Numbered from the stretch's first letter, positions 12,890 to 29,000 are shown. The stretch is 64,000 nt of DNA from Eledone cirrhosa (GCA_964016885.1 OZ024747.1:11594001-11658000); one strand, 5' to 3'. Program-made: numbers and translations. The notes: generated from the letters alone by a model not told the origin.

Positions 12890-13500
12890 TCAGGTCACCA
12901 GTTGGTACTACTGGTAACATGTATCCCAGTACAACCTGTCTCATGGTCGGGTCGTTGGCGACTAAACTGGCAACCCCACCAAGGTTTCTTGGTGAGGAGG
13001 GTGACTTTGGACATCCTGCAGGACTAAAAACAAAACCTGTCAAAGGGCAAAGGAGCTCTTAAGAGTCAATGGCCATCCAAAATCACCGGGAGAGATGACC
13101 CCTTAGCCTTTGTCAAGGCAGAATTCTAGGAGAAGGAAAACTCTGATATAACACCTGCAACCCTGATGGTATCCAATGATGTTGACTTGTTCTTCTTTTT
13201 GGTAAATATCATCTTGGTTAAGAGAGTGGGACGGGGTTTGTGCAATGCCTTTGCTCACTATAAAAGCTTCACGGCACAGGCATTGCTTTATATCTGGAGA
13301 TCTCTCTGCACTTGTCGTCACATGGTACCATGGGCCCAGCACTATGTGTCAATAATTGGCACAGATGTAGTGTTTGTACCAGAGTTTTCAAGTCGCTGGC
13401 TGGACTAAGAAGTCACACTCGTTCAGCGCATCGGTAGGGGTTCTCCTACATGGATATAAAGTAGTGGCCGTACTCGAAAACGAGTTGGCAGCCACCATGT
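12890..13500 (+). mobile_element. Internally deleted BovB-like RTE (5' UTR joined to a C2H2-finger 3' end)
   Basis: RTE-like 5' UTR motif ctaggagaaggaaaactctga. 3' part encodes CSVCTRVFKSLAGLRSHTRSAHR*. Terminal ggccgtactcgaaaacgagttggcagcca resembles the minus-strand end at 34462-34495. Confidence 0.7.
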
Positions 13501-13507
13501 ATCTACG

Positions 13508-13940
13508 TATGTATGTATGTATGTATGTATGTATGTATGTATGTATGTATGTATGTATGTATGTATGTATGTATGTATGTATGTATGTATGTGTATGTAG
13601 GTGTGTGTGTGTATGTATGTATGTATGTATGTATGTATGTATGTATGTATGTATGTGTGTATGTATGTGTATGTATGTATGTGTATGTAGGTGTGTGTAT
13701 GTAGGTTTGTATGTATGTATGTATGTATGTATGTATGTATGTATGTATGTATGTATGTATGTAGGTTTGTATGTATGTATGTATGTATGTATGTATGTAT
13801 GTATGTATGTAGGTTTGTATGTATGTAGGTTTGTATGTATGTATGTAGGTTTGTATGTATGTGTATGTATGTATGTATGTATGTATGTAGGTTTGTATGT
13901 ATGTATGTATGTATGTATGTATGTAGGTTTGTATGTATGT
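13508..13940. repeat. (TATG)n microsatellite with variant units
   Basis: Direct reading. Confidence 0.95.
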
Positions 13941-14503
13941 AATGACAGAGAAGTTGAGAGATGGTAGTGGTTATAGTGGCAATGGTAGTGGTGGTATCAT
14001 AGTAGTGGCTGTATATCACCACCACCGCTGCCAATACCACTACAAATACCAGCACCAGAGCTACCAGAATTACCATCACTACTGCCACCAAACCAATCTC
14101 AACACCACTACCATGACCCTTTCCACCAACACCACGACCCTTACCACCATAACTACCACTACCACCAGAACACCACCGCTCCCATGACCCTTACCACCAC
14201 AACTACCACCTCCCTCATTACTACCACCACCACAACCACTACTACCACCTCCCCCATCACTACCACCAACACCACCACCACCATCACACAGAACCATTAC
14301 ACCTCTCCTCCAATTAACAAACCATTAAATCACACATCTTAATCACGTTCCTCACCTCTCTTCACTTACAATTACATCTACCACCATACTTGAATTACAT
14401 CCTACTCTTCCTCTTCCGTCTCCACACAATATAGACGATGTCTAGATGCAATACCACAATACTTCAATTATTTCCTCTTCCTCCCGCCCCTTGTTCCTCT
14501 TCA

Positions 14504-14540
<37 letters not shown>

Positions 14541-14726
14541 CGATGTCTAGATACAATACCACCATATTTCAATTATTTTCTCCCCTTCTTCTACCCTCTC
14601 TCTCCCCCTCTTCCTCTCCTCCCTCTCTACAATATAACCCAACTCTAGATACAATACAAGCTATCAACATATCTGGTCACTCATCCAATAAAATATCAAT
14701 AAATCTACAGGTTATCACGCTATAGA

Positions 14727-14954
14727 ATACCAGTAATACCAGTAATACCAGTAGTACCAGTAATACCAGTAGTACCAGTAATACCAGTAATACCAGTAAT
14801 ACCAGTAGTACCAGTAGTACCAGTAATACCAGTAGTACCAGTAGTACCAGTAGTACCAGTAATACCAGTAATACCAGTAGTACCAGTAATACCAGTAGTA
14901 CCAGTAATACCAGTAGTACCAGTAGTACCAGTAATACCAGAAGTACCAGTAATA
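14727..14954. repeat. 9-bp minisatellite ACCAGTA(A/G)T
   Basis: About 25 copies. Confidence 0.95.
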
Positions 14955-14975
14955 TCCACATTCATCGCTCATTGT

Positions 14976-15575
14976 TTTAACATAATTACTTTAACTTAAT
15001 TACCTTAACATAATTACTTTCACATAGTTATCTTAACATAATTACTTTAACATAGTTACCTTAATATAATTACTTTAACATAATTACCTTAACATAATTA
15101 CCTTAACATAATTACTTTAACATGGTTATCTTAACATAATTACCGTAACATAATTACCGTAACATAATTACCTTAACATAATTACCTTAACACAATTACC
15201 TTAACATAATTACCTTAACATAATTACCTTAACATAATTACCTTAACATAGTTACCTTAACATAATTAAATTAACATAATTACCTTAACATAGTTACCTT
15301 AACATAATTATTTTAACATAGTTACCTTAACATAGTTACCTTAACATAATTAAATCAACATAATTACCTTAACATAGTTACCTTAACATAATTAAATCAA
15401 CATAATTACCTTAACATAGTTACCTTAACATAATTAAATCAACATAATTACCTTAACATAGTTACCTTAACATAATTACCTTAACATAGTTACCTTAACA
15501 TAATTACTTTAACATAATTACCGTAACATAATTACCTTAACATAATTATATTAACATAATTATTTTAACTTAATT
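14976..15575. repeat. 14-bp minisatellite TTAACATAATTACC
   Basis: About 42 copies with recurring variant units. Confidence 0.95.
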
Positions 15576-15624
15576 AGTTTTTCACGATAAGATACAATGG
15601 TAGATCTGTAATTATTATTTTTAA

Positions 15625-15995
15625 GGGTCGTGGATTGGCAGTGAGTTCAAATCCCGCCGAGGTTAACTTTGCCTTTCATTCTTACGGGGTCGATAAAATA
15701 AAGTACCAGTAATACACTGGAATAATTGCTGGCCTTGTGCCAAAAGTAGAAACAATTATTTTTAAATTCAGGTTTTACTTGAAGAGGAAAATGAGGGTGG
15801 AGAGGGAAGTGCTGCCTTTCAACCTGTTTGTTGAAAGATGGGTGAGAACATGGCCCAATGGGCCTGCTTAGCCTTTCATCCTTACGGGATCGATAAAATA
15901 AATCACCAGTAATGCACTGGGTCGATTTAATCGACCTCCCTCCCCCCACCCCCCAAACATTCCTGGCCTTGTGCCTAAATCAGAAACCATTATTA
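15625..15995 (+). mobile_element. Two partial SINE family 2 copies
   Basis: gagttcaaatcccgccgaggttaactttgcctttcatt...gtaccagt...ggccttgtgcc at 15643-15758, and again at 15870-15995. Confidence 0.8.
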
Positions 15996-16149
15996 TTATT
16001 ACTATTGTTGTTTGTTTTTCACACCGTAAAAGAAAATATAAACAATACCTTAATAAATTTATCACTCACGCCATCTGTCGTGAGTTTTTAAATAATGGAC
16101 GATAACTCTATTGTGAAATAATTCAGCGTCAAAGTTGCTTAATTCGTTC

Positions 16150-16530
16150 TTTGTTGATTCATGGAGAAAAGGAAAGAAAAAGTCGATCGTTAGATCGGAC
16201 CGAGGAAAGAATGTTTCCATTGGTCTTTCTTTTGTCGATTCTATCTGGTTGAAGAAAACGCTGATTGTCAGATCGGACCGAGGAAAGAATGTTTCCATTG
16301 GTCTTTCCTTTGTCGATTCTATCTGGTTGAAGAAAGGAAACGATCACCAGATTAGTCCAAGAAAACCTTGTTTCCCTAAACCTTTCTGATACTGTCTGAC
16401 AGTCGTAACTTCTGACGGAACCAACAACGTGAAATAGGTTATTTTGTCCAAGAATGTGCCATCTGGTTCAGGAATCAAACCCATGACCTCATGATCGTCA
16501 GGCCAAACCCCTAACCACTAGGTCACGTGT
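16150..16530 (-). mobile_element. tRNA-derived SINE with an internal 78-bp tandem duplication
   Basis: Minus-strand head gtgacctagtggttagg...ggtttgattcc. The unit agatcggaccgaggaaagaatgtttcc... starts at 16192 and 16270. Confidence 0.7.
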
Positions 16531-16748
16531 TTCTATAAAAGACGTGTGTAAAATATGAGAAACACGTTGAGGAAAAATATGTGTTTATATGTCAGTGTAT
16601 ATATACTTATATTTCGTTGGCAGTAGCTCTAAGACAGCGTTAAGCATAATAGGGGTGCATATGAAAACATATATGTTTATATACAATAAACATATGGGAG
16701 CCTCGCTATCAAACAAAACATTATTTTCTCTCTTGTTTTACAGTTGTG

Positions 16749-18890
16749 AAGGTGCGTGGTTTAGATATTAGAGTGTTCGGCTCATGGACCGGACAGCGCA
16801 TTGTGTCCTTGAGCAAGACACCATTTCACATTGCTCCAGTCCACTGTGTCCTTGAGCAAGACACTTTATTTCACGTTGCTCCAGTCCACTGTGTCCTTGA
16901 GCAAGACACCATTTCACGTTGCTCCAATCCATTGTGTCCTTGAGCAAGACACCATTTCACGTTGCTCCAATCCATTGTGTCCTTGAGCAAGACACCATTT
17001 CACGTTGCTCCAGTCCATTGTGTCCTTGAGCAAGACACCATTTCACGTTGCTCCAGTCCACTGTGTCCTTGAGCAAGACACCATTTCACGTTGCTCCAAT
17101 CCATTGTGTCCTTGAGCAAGACACCATTTCACGTTGCTCCAATCCATTGTGTCCTTGAGCAAGACACCATTTCACGTTGCTCCAGTCCATTGTGTCCTTG
17201 AGCAAGACACCATTTCACGTTGCTCCAGTCCATTGTGTCCTTGAGCAAGACACCATTTCACGTTGCTCCAATCCATTGTGTCCTTGAGCAAGACACCATT
17301 TCACGTTGCTCCAGTCCATTGTGTCCTTGAGCAAGACACCATTTCACGTTGCTCCAGTCCATTGTGTCCTTGAGCAAGACACCATTTCACGTTGCTCCAG
17401 TCCATTGTGTCCTTGAGCAAGACACCATTTCACGTTGCTCCAGTCCATTGTGTCCTTGAGCAAGACACCATTTCACGTTGCTCCAGTCCATTGTGTCCTT
17501 GAGCAAGACACCATTTCACGTTGCTCCAGTCCATTGTGTCCTTGAGCAAGACACCATTTCACGTTGCTCCAGTCCATTGTGTCCTTGAGCAAGACACCAT
17601 TTCACGTTGCTCCAGTCCATTGTGTCCTTGAGCAAGACACCATTTCACGTTGCTCCAGTCCATTGTGTCCTTGAGCAAGACACCATTTCACGTTGCTCCA
17701 ATCCATTGTGTCCTTGAGCAAGACACCATTTCACGTTGCTCCAGTCCATTGTGTCCTTGAGCAAGACACCATTTCACGTTGCTCCAGTCCATTGTGTCCT
17801 TGAGCAAGACACCATTTCACGTTGCTCCAGTCCACTGTGTCCTTGAGCAAGACACCATTTCACGTTGCTCCAATCCATTGTGTCCTTGAGCAAGACACCA
17901 TTTCACGTTGCTCCAATCCATTGTGTCCTTGAGCAAGACACCATTTCACGTTGCTCCAGTCCATTGTGTCCTTGAGCAAGACACCATTTCACGTTGCTCC
18001 AGTCCATTGTGTCCTTGAGCAAGACACCATTTCACGTTGCTCCAATCCATTGTGTCCTTGAGCAAGACACCATTTCACGTTGCTCCAGTCCATTGTGTCC
18101 TTGAGCAAGACACCATTTCACGTTGCTCCAGTCCACTGTGTCCTTGAGCAAGACACCATTTCACGTTGCTCCAATCCATTGTGTCCTTGAGCAAGACACC
18201 ATTTCACGTTGCTCCAATCCATTGTGTCCTTGAGCAAGACACCATTTCACGTTGCTCCAGTCCATTGTGTCCTTGAGCAAGACACCATTTCACGTTGCTC
18301 CAGTCCATTGTGTCCTTGAGCAAGACACCATTTCACGTTGCTCCAATCCATTGTGTCCTTGAGCAAGACACCATTTCACGTTGCTCCAGTCCATTGTGTC
18401 CTTGAGCAAGACACCATTTCACGTTGCTCCAGTCCATTGTGTCCTTGAGCAAGACACCATTTCACGTTGCTCCAGTCCATTGTGTCCTTGAGCAAGACAC
18501 CATTTCACGTTGCTCCAATCCATTGTGTCCTTGAGCAAGACACCATTTCACGTTGCTCCAGTCCATTGTGTCCTTGAGCAAGACACCATTTCACGTTGCT
18601 CCAGTCCATTGTGTCCTTGAGCAAGACACCATTTGACGTTGCTCCAGTCCATTGTGTCCTTGAGCAAGACACCATTTCACGTTGCTCCAGTCCACTCAAC
18701 TGACCAAAATGAGTTGTAATTGTAATTCAAGGGGCCATTGTGTCATGCTGAATCTCCCTGTGAATTACGTTAAAGGTATACATGTCTGTGGAATGCTCAG
18801 CCACTTACATATTAATTTCATGGGCAGGTAGTTCCGTTGATGAATCAACTGGAACACTCGTCACCGGAAACGACGGAGATCCGACAACAA
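16749..18890 (+). mobile_element. tRNA SINE expanded by an internal 43-bp satellite
   Basis: Head at 16749-16800, tail at 18697-18890, with the central domain amplified between them. Confidence 0.85.
16800..18696 (+). repeat. 43-bp tandem array (about 44 copies) gtgtccttgagcaagacaccatttcacgttgctccagtccatt
   Basis: Period checked (tccttga at 17281 and 17324). Variants are mainly ccaa/ccag and catt/cact. Confidence 0.97.
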
Positions 18891-19329
18891 TTTACGCAGC
18901 TTCGCTGTTTTTTCTACAGATATGTATTTATATCTATATGATCCCACCCACTAAATTCAATATTTATAGATAGACGTCGATAAACTAATTTTTTCTCCTC
19001 TTCCTTCCGCCCTAACACAATATACTGTCCCTATTAACACCAAGTCTATTTCTGACAGCTACAATACTGAAGCTGCTCACCAGAATGATAAAATAGGAAG
19101 CTTATAAAACTAACTTTTTTCTTCTTTATTTTAATTTCATTTAAAATATAACGATAAAGACATTATTTTACAGAAGCAAACCTACTTTGTACAAATTAGA
19201 TTTAACTATTTTAGTATATCTATGTATTTATAGTTAAGATTCCTTTCTAGAAGGCTCTTGTCATTCACCAAAGCTTGCTAAATTTTAGGTGGAAATATTC
19301 TAAACATCGTTTTCTATTCGATAATAATA

Positions 19330-19545
19330 ATAATTCTTGCTAACATGGGGACAAGGCCAGCAATTTAGAAGAAGGGGAAAGTCGATCATATCGACCCTAA
19401 TATTCACCTGATACTTTCTTTTATCGATCCCCAGGTGAATGAAAGACAAAGTTTACCTCGCAGCGGGGTTTGAGCTAAGAACGTAGAAAGTCGTAACTAA
19501 ATGCTGCAAAGCCTTTTGTCCGTCGCTCTAGCGATTCTGCCAAAG
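19330..19545 (-). mobile_element. SINE family 2, diverged
   Basis: acaaggccagcaat...ttttatcgatcccc...gaaagacaaagtttacctcg...tttgagctaagaacgta. Confidence 0.7.
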
Positions 19546-20119
19546 GTGCTGAGCTGTATATTTGTGGTGGAGGGTAGATAGGGTTTATTCAATAGGAATA
19601 CTAAAGGAAAAAAAAATGGCCCTTTCAGCCATGAGTTATGAGTGAAAGTGTGTAAACGGGAATTGTTTGGAAACGGATCAGATGGACTTCTACCTCCATT
19701 TCAAAAGTATAGCCATGTTACGACGAATCTCGCTGAGAATTACGTAAAGGGTACACGTGTCTGAAATGCTCATCTACTTACATGCTAATTTCACGTGTAG
19801 GCTATTCCTTTAATCAAACATGGAACAGACAGGGTCGAAACTGACAAAGGTCCAATCCATTCTATACTAGATTGGAAAGGTTACCAAAATCGTTGTCAGA
19901 ATGTATACCTAATGTGATGTCATTAAACCACACAAGCAAGACATTCTTGAAAAGTTTAAAACAACACTATGACTGCATCACATTAAACATTAAGCCTTTA
20001 GTTTAACTGCAAATGTTCACAACAATCTGTCCACTAGTAAAGATACTATAAACATTTGAATAAACAAACATGTTTTTAGATATTTTCTACTAAATCATTA
20101 CAGAATGTTAAGAGATAAT

Positions 20120-20319
20120 TGTTTCTACTTTTGGCACAAGGCCAGCAATTACCCAGTACATTACTGGTACTTTATTTTATCGACCCCGTAAGGATGAAAG
20201 GCAAAGTTAACCTCGACGGGATTTGAACTCAGACCGTAAAGGGACGTAACTATGCTGGAAAGCATGGCGTCCGACTCTCTACCGATACTGCCAATCCACC
20301 GCCCCTTCGTTGGTGCGTT
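20120..20319 (-). mobile_element. SINE family 2 with an 18-bp target-site duplication
   Basis: TSD agaatgttaagagataat at 20102-20119 and 20320-20337. Confidence 0.9.
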
Positions 20320-20872
20320 AGAATGTTAAGAGATAATACTATCTCATAATAATCTGTCCATTAGTAAATATACTATAAACATTTGAATTAACAAGTTTTT
20401 AGATATTTTCTGTTAAAGAGTGCCAATAGTTAATACCGACAATGGTTCCTAGCTGAAATAAAAGTATAAGAAACTAAACTGACGAATGTAAAGTTGACAG
20501 AGTTAGATTTAAGAGCGTGTTCGGTTAATTGGGGTCCGAATGAAATTAATTTGAAGATACTGTTAACCGAAATATAGCTTAAATTAATTCAAAAGGGAAT
20601 TAGCGCAGCCAAATGAACAGTTGTGAAGAATCAGGTTTCTTTTACTGGAGAGTTATATGTAATTAGAATAATTGAAATTAGTTCGAAATAACAAGTGAAA
20701 TGAAATGTGTAATGATTCTAAATTAGTTAAAACCAATAATTAGATAATATAATATTGATCTATACAAACAATTTAACTTTGTATAAATCTAATACTCATA
20801 AATAAATATCTACCGTATTTCCTCGTGTATAATATGAGAAATTTTCAACCAAATTTAAAGGGAAAAACAGCG

Positions 20873-20976
<104 letters not shown>

Positions 20977-20986
20977 TACTCTTCAT

Positions 20987-21770
<784 letters not shown>

Positions 21771-22321
21771 ATAAATATATATTTTCTCTTACAGGCAGAA
21801 AAACTAACTGCATGTACATCCAGGGCTGATGCTACCATTAAGGTCAACTAGGACGCTGAACTCTCAAGAGGGGCGCATCACTGAACCTCAAAGAATCACA
21901 GTTTTATATCAATTTATATAATTAAACGAAATAAATAATAATTTTCTGCAACTAGTCAGTAAATAAATTACTAAACATCTTTGGCGTGTATTGTAGAAAT
22001 AGTGGAGAGGGTCTTATAGTGTTGTGACCTGTCATATGATTTGACGTGGGTGAGTGTGGACTGCGTAGTGGAAAACGCAGGCTTAATAATTTTCTTAGTG
22101 TGCTCAGAGCCAGTGGAAGAGAGTGCAAAAGGTGAACATAATAGCCACGATGTGTGTGTGTGTGTGTGTGTGTATATGGATGTATTTGTGTGATATGCGT
22201 GTGTATATGTATGTATGTGTGTATGTGTTTATATGTATATATATGTCTGTGTATATATGTGTATATGTAAGTATGTGTGTGTGTGTGTCTATGTATGTAT
22301 ATATATATATGTGTATGAGTC

Positions 22322-22374
<53 letters not shown>

Positions 22375-22523
22375 GTGTGTATGTGTACATTTACATATAT
22401 ATATATATGTGTGTGTGTATATATATGTGTGTGTGTGTGTGTATGTGTGTGCTGTGTGTCATTTCAAATAATCCAATGTGACAGTAAGATTTACTGGAAT
22501 CTGTTGAAGTATCAATATATCAC

Positions 22524-22561
<38 letters not shown>

Positions 22562-22649
22562 TGTATGGGTGTGTGTGTGTGTGTGTGAGTGTATTGGTGA
22601 TAGTGTGTATGTACGTGCGTGTATCTGTGTAGGTGTAAATTATTGTCTT

Positions 22650-24260
22650 CACCACCATCACCAACGCTTCCACTACCGCCACCACCGCCGCCACCACCAC
22701 TATACACCCCGCCACCACTGCCGCCACCACTACCGCCACCACCACCACCACCACCACTATACACACCGCCACCACCAATTTCACCACAAACACACCACCA
22801 CACCACCACACCACCACTGTACACCACCACCAACACACCACCACACCACCACCACACCACCACCACACCACCACACCACCACACCACCACACCACGACCA
22901 CACCACCACACCACCACCACACCACCACACCACCACCACACCACCACCACACCACCACCACACCACCACACCACCACACCAGCACACCACCACCACACCA
23001 CCACCACACCACCACCACACCACCACCACACCACCACCACCACACCACCACACCACCACACCACCACCACACCACCACCACACCACCACCACACCACCAC
23101 CACACCACCACACCACCACACCACCACACCACCACCACACCACCACACCACCACTGTACACCACCACCAACACACCACCACCACACCACCACCACACCAC
23201 CACCACACCACCACCACACCACCACACCACCACTCCACCACCACACCACCACACCACCACCACACCACCACACCACCACACCACCACTATACACCACCAC
23301 CAACACACCACCACCACACCACCACCACACCACCACCACACCACCACCACACCACCACCACACCACCACACCACCACACCACCACTCCACCACCACACCA
23401 CCACACCACCACCACACCACCACACCACCACACCACCACTATACACCACCACCACCACCACACCACCACACCACCACCACACCACCACACCACCACCACA
23501 CCACCACACCACCACACCACCACACCACCACTGTACACCACCACCAACACACCACCACACCACCACCACACCACCACCACACCACCACACCACCACACCA
23601 CCACCACACCACCACCACACCACCACACCACCACACCACCACACCACCACCACACCACCACCACACCACCACCACACCACCACACCACCACACCACCACA
23701 CCACCACACCACCACCACACCACAACACCACCACCACACCACCACCACACCACCACCACACCACCACCACACCACCACCACACCACCACCACACCACCAC
23801 ACCACCACACCACCACCACTATACACCACCACCAACACACCACCACACCACCACCACACCACCACTATACACCACCACCAACACACCACCACCACCAACA
23901 CACCACCACACCACCACACCACCACCACACCACCACCACACCACCACCACACCACCACACCACCACACCACCACACCACCACCACTATACACCACCACCA
24001 ACACACCACCACACCACCACCACACCACCACTATACACCACCACCAACACACCACCACCACCAACACACCACCACCACCACCACACCACCACACCACCAC
24101 ACCACCACACCACCACACCACCACACCACCACCACACCACCACACCACCACCACTATACACCACCACCAACACACCACCACACCACCACCACACCACCAC
24201 TATACACCACCACCAACACACCACCACACCACCACCACACCACCACCACCACCGCCACCA
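22650..24260. repeat. (CAC)/(CACCA) low-complexity array
   Basis: Mosaic of CAC, CACAC and CACTATACAC units, about 1.6 kb. Confidence 0.95.
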
Positions 24261-24409
24261 ACAAAGTAATAGAGAGAAGAAGGTGAGTTATGAGAATTGT
24301 TCCCTAACATTAGGATAATGGAGTGGATGAAGAGTTTCCGGGAGAGGTCGCCTGCGGCTGGATGGCTACAACTAATTTCCTGTTACATCTTAGATATAGA
24401 CATGGAGAT

Positions 24410-24577
24410 ATATAGGTATACACACACATACACACATACACACATACACACACATATATATACACACAATATATATATATATATATATATATATACATTA
24501 CATGTAAATACATACACACATACATACATAATATATATACATACATTATATATATACATACACATATATATATACAC

Positions 24578-24614
<37 letters not shown>

Positions 24615-24693
24615 TACATGTAAATACATACACACATACATACATAATATATATACATACATTATATATATACATACACATATATATATACAC

Positions 24694-24734
<41 letters not shown>

Positions 24735-24800
24735 TACATGTAAATACATACACACATACATACATAATATATACATACATTATATATATACATACACATA
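24410..24800. repeat. ~115-120-bp tandem unit built from microsatellites (about 3 copies)
   Basis: tacattacatgtaaatacatacacac recurs at about 24493, 24610 and 24730. Confidence 0.8.
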
Positions 24801-24874
24801 TATATATACATAAATACATATACATATACATAATATATATACATATATACATAATATATATATATATGCGCATA

Positions 24875-24999
<125 letters not shown>

Positions 25000-25149
25000 T
25001 ATAAATATATTATGTATATATGTATATATATTATATTTATATAGATATCTGGGACGGGTAAATATATATACTGTATATATATATCTATATATATACATAC
25101 AAATGTATACACATACACACAAATATATGTATATCGATAAACATATATG

Positions 25150-25286
<137 letters not shown>

Positions 25287-25450
25287 TACATCCTGTGTAT
25301 ATTAATGGTGAAGGAATCTTCCCCGTTGTTATTTTTTAAACTCTGCAATATTTCAAGTAGAACATTTATAGATATTTCCACTTAAGCTTTCAACTCAAAC
25401 ATAACGTGTTACCTTGCTTTTTACACCGCTCACAAATGTTATATCTCAAG

Positions 25451-25509
<59 letters not shown>

Positions 25510-25614
25510 CAGTGTTAATATATATATACGTGTTTATATATATATATATGTGTGTGTGTTTATATATATATATATATATGTATGGTGAACTAACTGTTGT
25601 GTAACCACTTATAT

Positions 25615-25891
<277 letters not shown>

Positions 25892-25951
25892 CATGGGCCA
25901 ATAACAACTGTTGTTGATGTAGTGACACCTGGTGTGTCATGTACGTTTTAT

Positions 25952-25995
<44 letters not shown>

Positions 25996-26026
25996 GTATG
26001 TATATATATTATTTATGTATGTATGT

Positions 26027-29000
26027 CAGCAACTGCCCGCTGGGGATCACTACGATTTCGGTTCATGAAGCGCAGGATCATGTTCCTCAGTGCTCTCTTT
26101 CTCTCTTTTTAAATCTATTCCTCTGCACCTTCTATGTCCCCTTGATATCTATTTCTTTTCTCTTTCTTGTATATCTTACCTATTTTTCACATTTATTCCT
26201 CCCCTCCACGTCAACTCTCCGCCACTCCTGCCCAGTATGGTGACTATTTGGTCTTTCGTGGTCAAGGCAACTAACTTTCAACGTCGCTTTGCTTTGTCTC
26301 CACTATTGATTTCTCGTCTGAAAATGGATTTTACTGTCTCACCTTTTCCCTGACTGAATTCTTGTACATTCAATGATTGCACTTCGTTTCCAGTTTGTAA
26401 CATTCAACGGTTTGTAGGTAACATTTTGCATTTCCTTCTTTGTCAACTGATATGAAAATACTCATCACGCCCTTATTTTTTCGTATCTTACCGTCATGTC
26501 TTACTAAAGGACTTCTTCCCCCTCGTTCGGGATATACATGCGGGTTTTTTGGGGACCGCTTGTGAATTCACTACTCCCATGACACTTCTTCCATGAATCC
26601 TACAAATACGAACTATGAATACGAATTGACTTCCCGCTACGAACGCAATACAAACCAACAACTCTCCTACCGCTACGGCTCTGCAGACTACTCCCGCAGT
26701 AGTCCCGCTCTTCAGACGAAGGAAGTAATTGAGGGTGGCTTGCTGGAACGTCTGACCACTTCGTGACGACGGTGTCCAGGCACTCACAATGAAGGTTCTG
26801 CACAGGTGCTGCGTTAGTGGCGCTTGCCTTTCAGAAGTTCGACTTCCCGATGCTGGTCATCTTCCGATCAAAGTTCCTGGCGAGGACATCTCCTACCACT
26901 TGTACCATAGTGGCGTGACTGACAACAGTGGCCTTCACGGGGTCGCTGTAGCGCTCAGCCCCGACGCGCAAGCTGCTCTGCTGGCGTGGCAGCCGATCTC
27001 ACATCGATTCGCGCTGGTTCGATTGAAGGGTCAAATCTCCAACGTCAGCGTAATTGCCGTCTACGCTCCCACACTCAATGCGGACGAGGCGGACAAGACG
27101 CAGTTCTATGCCGATCTCCAAACAACCGTGATGTTCTCATTGTCGCTGGGGACTGGAATGCGCGGACAGGGCCGGCTGATGATACAACACGGCATATTCT
27201 AGGACGCTTCGCCCTAGGTGTACGTTGTGACAATGGTGAACGGCTCGTATCCTTCGCGGATGCCAATCGTCTTCTCGTCACCAACACCCGGTTCCAACAT
27301 CCTCGGCGTCACCTCGTCACGTGGCGATCCAATAACGGAAGAACGTCTAATCAGATTGACTACATGCTGGTCAGATCTCGTTCGGCCAGCTCAGTGATGG
27401 ACTCGCGTGAGTATCGAGGGGCTGATACGGGCAGTGAGCATGGGTCAGACCATACTCTTGTTCGAACAACCCTTCGTCTGCGGCTGCAGACGAAACCTCC
27501 TCCCAACCGCCAGGATCGACATCTCGCGACTCAAGCTCGATGCTGGAAATGCTTCCCGGCTAGAGCTGCGAAACCGATTCCAAATGCTGAGTAACGAAGT
27601 GGAACAGCAACCGGAGCTGGAGTGGAACGCGCTCAGGACGGCGACGGTTGAGGTGGCCGGAGAGCAACTCGGGTCGACCCAAAGACGCCGTCGGGGCTGG
27701 ATCTCCGGCAGCACTCTTGAACTCGCGGAGAGGGCGAGAGTGGCCCGACTCGAGGGTGCACCCAATCTTCGAGATCTCCAACGTCGCACATCTCGGGATA
27801 TTCGGGCCGATCGGAATGCACACTGGCGTGAGTTTGCGGAGCAGACGGAGAGGGCGGCAGCCTGTGGTGACTTGCGCAAGCTCTACCAACTGGTGAAGCG
27901 GGCCAGCCGAAGCAGTACGGGTATCAGCGAGACGATCCGTGATCGGAACGAGGCGGTCATTACCAATCTTAACGACCGGCTAGTCCGATGGCGTGACCAT
28001 TTCTCCGAGCTGCTCAACCACCCGCCACCACCCACGCCAACCTACGTGCAGCCTTCCGGAGAAGAATACGGGTGCAGCACTGCCCCTCCAACGTTCGAGG
28101 AGATACGTAGTGTCCTGACACATCTCCGGAACAACAAGGCGCCGGACGAAGATGGCGTTCCAGCTGAAGTCTACAAGGCCGAGCCTGATGTCTTCGCAGC
28201 TTGGCTCCATCGAGTCTTCTCCTCGGTTTGGGCGACGGAGCGGTTCCCTGGCAACTCTCCTACCCTTCTTCAAAAAAGGCGACAGCAAACTGTGTTCCAA
28301 CTACAGGGGTATCAGTTTAATTGACGTTGCTGCCAAAACCTTCGCAATCCTTCTGCTGAAGAGGTTCCAGGCCATCCGTGATGTCCGTACTCGTCCTTCT
28401 CAAGGCGGCTTCCATCCGGGGAGGGGTGCGTACATAAAATCTTCAATCTCTGGCGTGTCCTGGAACAACGGTGGGCACATGAGCAACCTACCGTCCTCTG
28501 CTTCATCGACTTTGCAGCTGCCTTCGACTCGGTAGATCGGGAAGCCCTATGGCGTATAATGCAGGCGGACGGCATCCCAGTGAAGCTGCTTCGTCTCATA
28601 CAAGGCTACTACCTGTCCACTCCGGCTCGAATGAGGGTTTATGGTGGGGAGACGGAGTCGTTCGATGTTGGGACCGGTGTTCGGCAGGGGTGTGCCCTAT
28701 CGCCAACTCTCTTTAACTACGCTATTGACTACAATCTCAACACAGCGCTCCGGGATTACCCGGGCGTAGAGGTCGGGAGAGGGGTCGTGGTGACAGACCT
28801 GGCCTACGCGGATGACATCGTGCTGATGGGCGCTAACGGGACAGATGTACAAGGTGCTCTCAAAAGGGTGCACACTGCAGCCGCCGCTGGTGGTCTACGA
28901 ATCAATGCCGCCAAGTCGAAAGTCATGACGTCACTGGTCTCGCCTGATGCTTGGCAGCCAATATCTCTCGAGAGCGTGGACCTGGAGGATGTGGAGTCCT

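Noticed and set aside
14677-14972. GIT, YYW and LLV repeat ORFs
   Set aside because: A 9-bp minisatellite that is open in all three minus-strand frames.
16800-18696. CRISPR-like array
   Set aside because: Units are head-to-tail with no unique spacers, they derive from a SINE, and there are no cas genes.
22459-24286. Long Pro/His/Thr or Gly/Val/Trp/Cys ORFs (extensin-like)
   Set aside because: They are open in many frames on both strands because the CAC repeat lacks stop codons.
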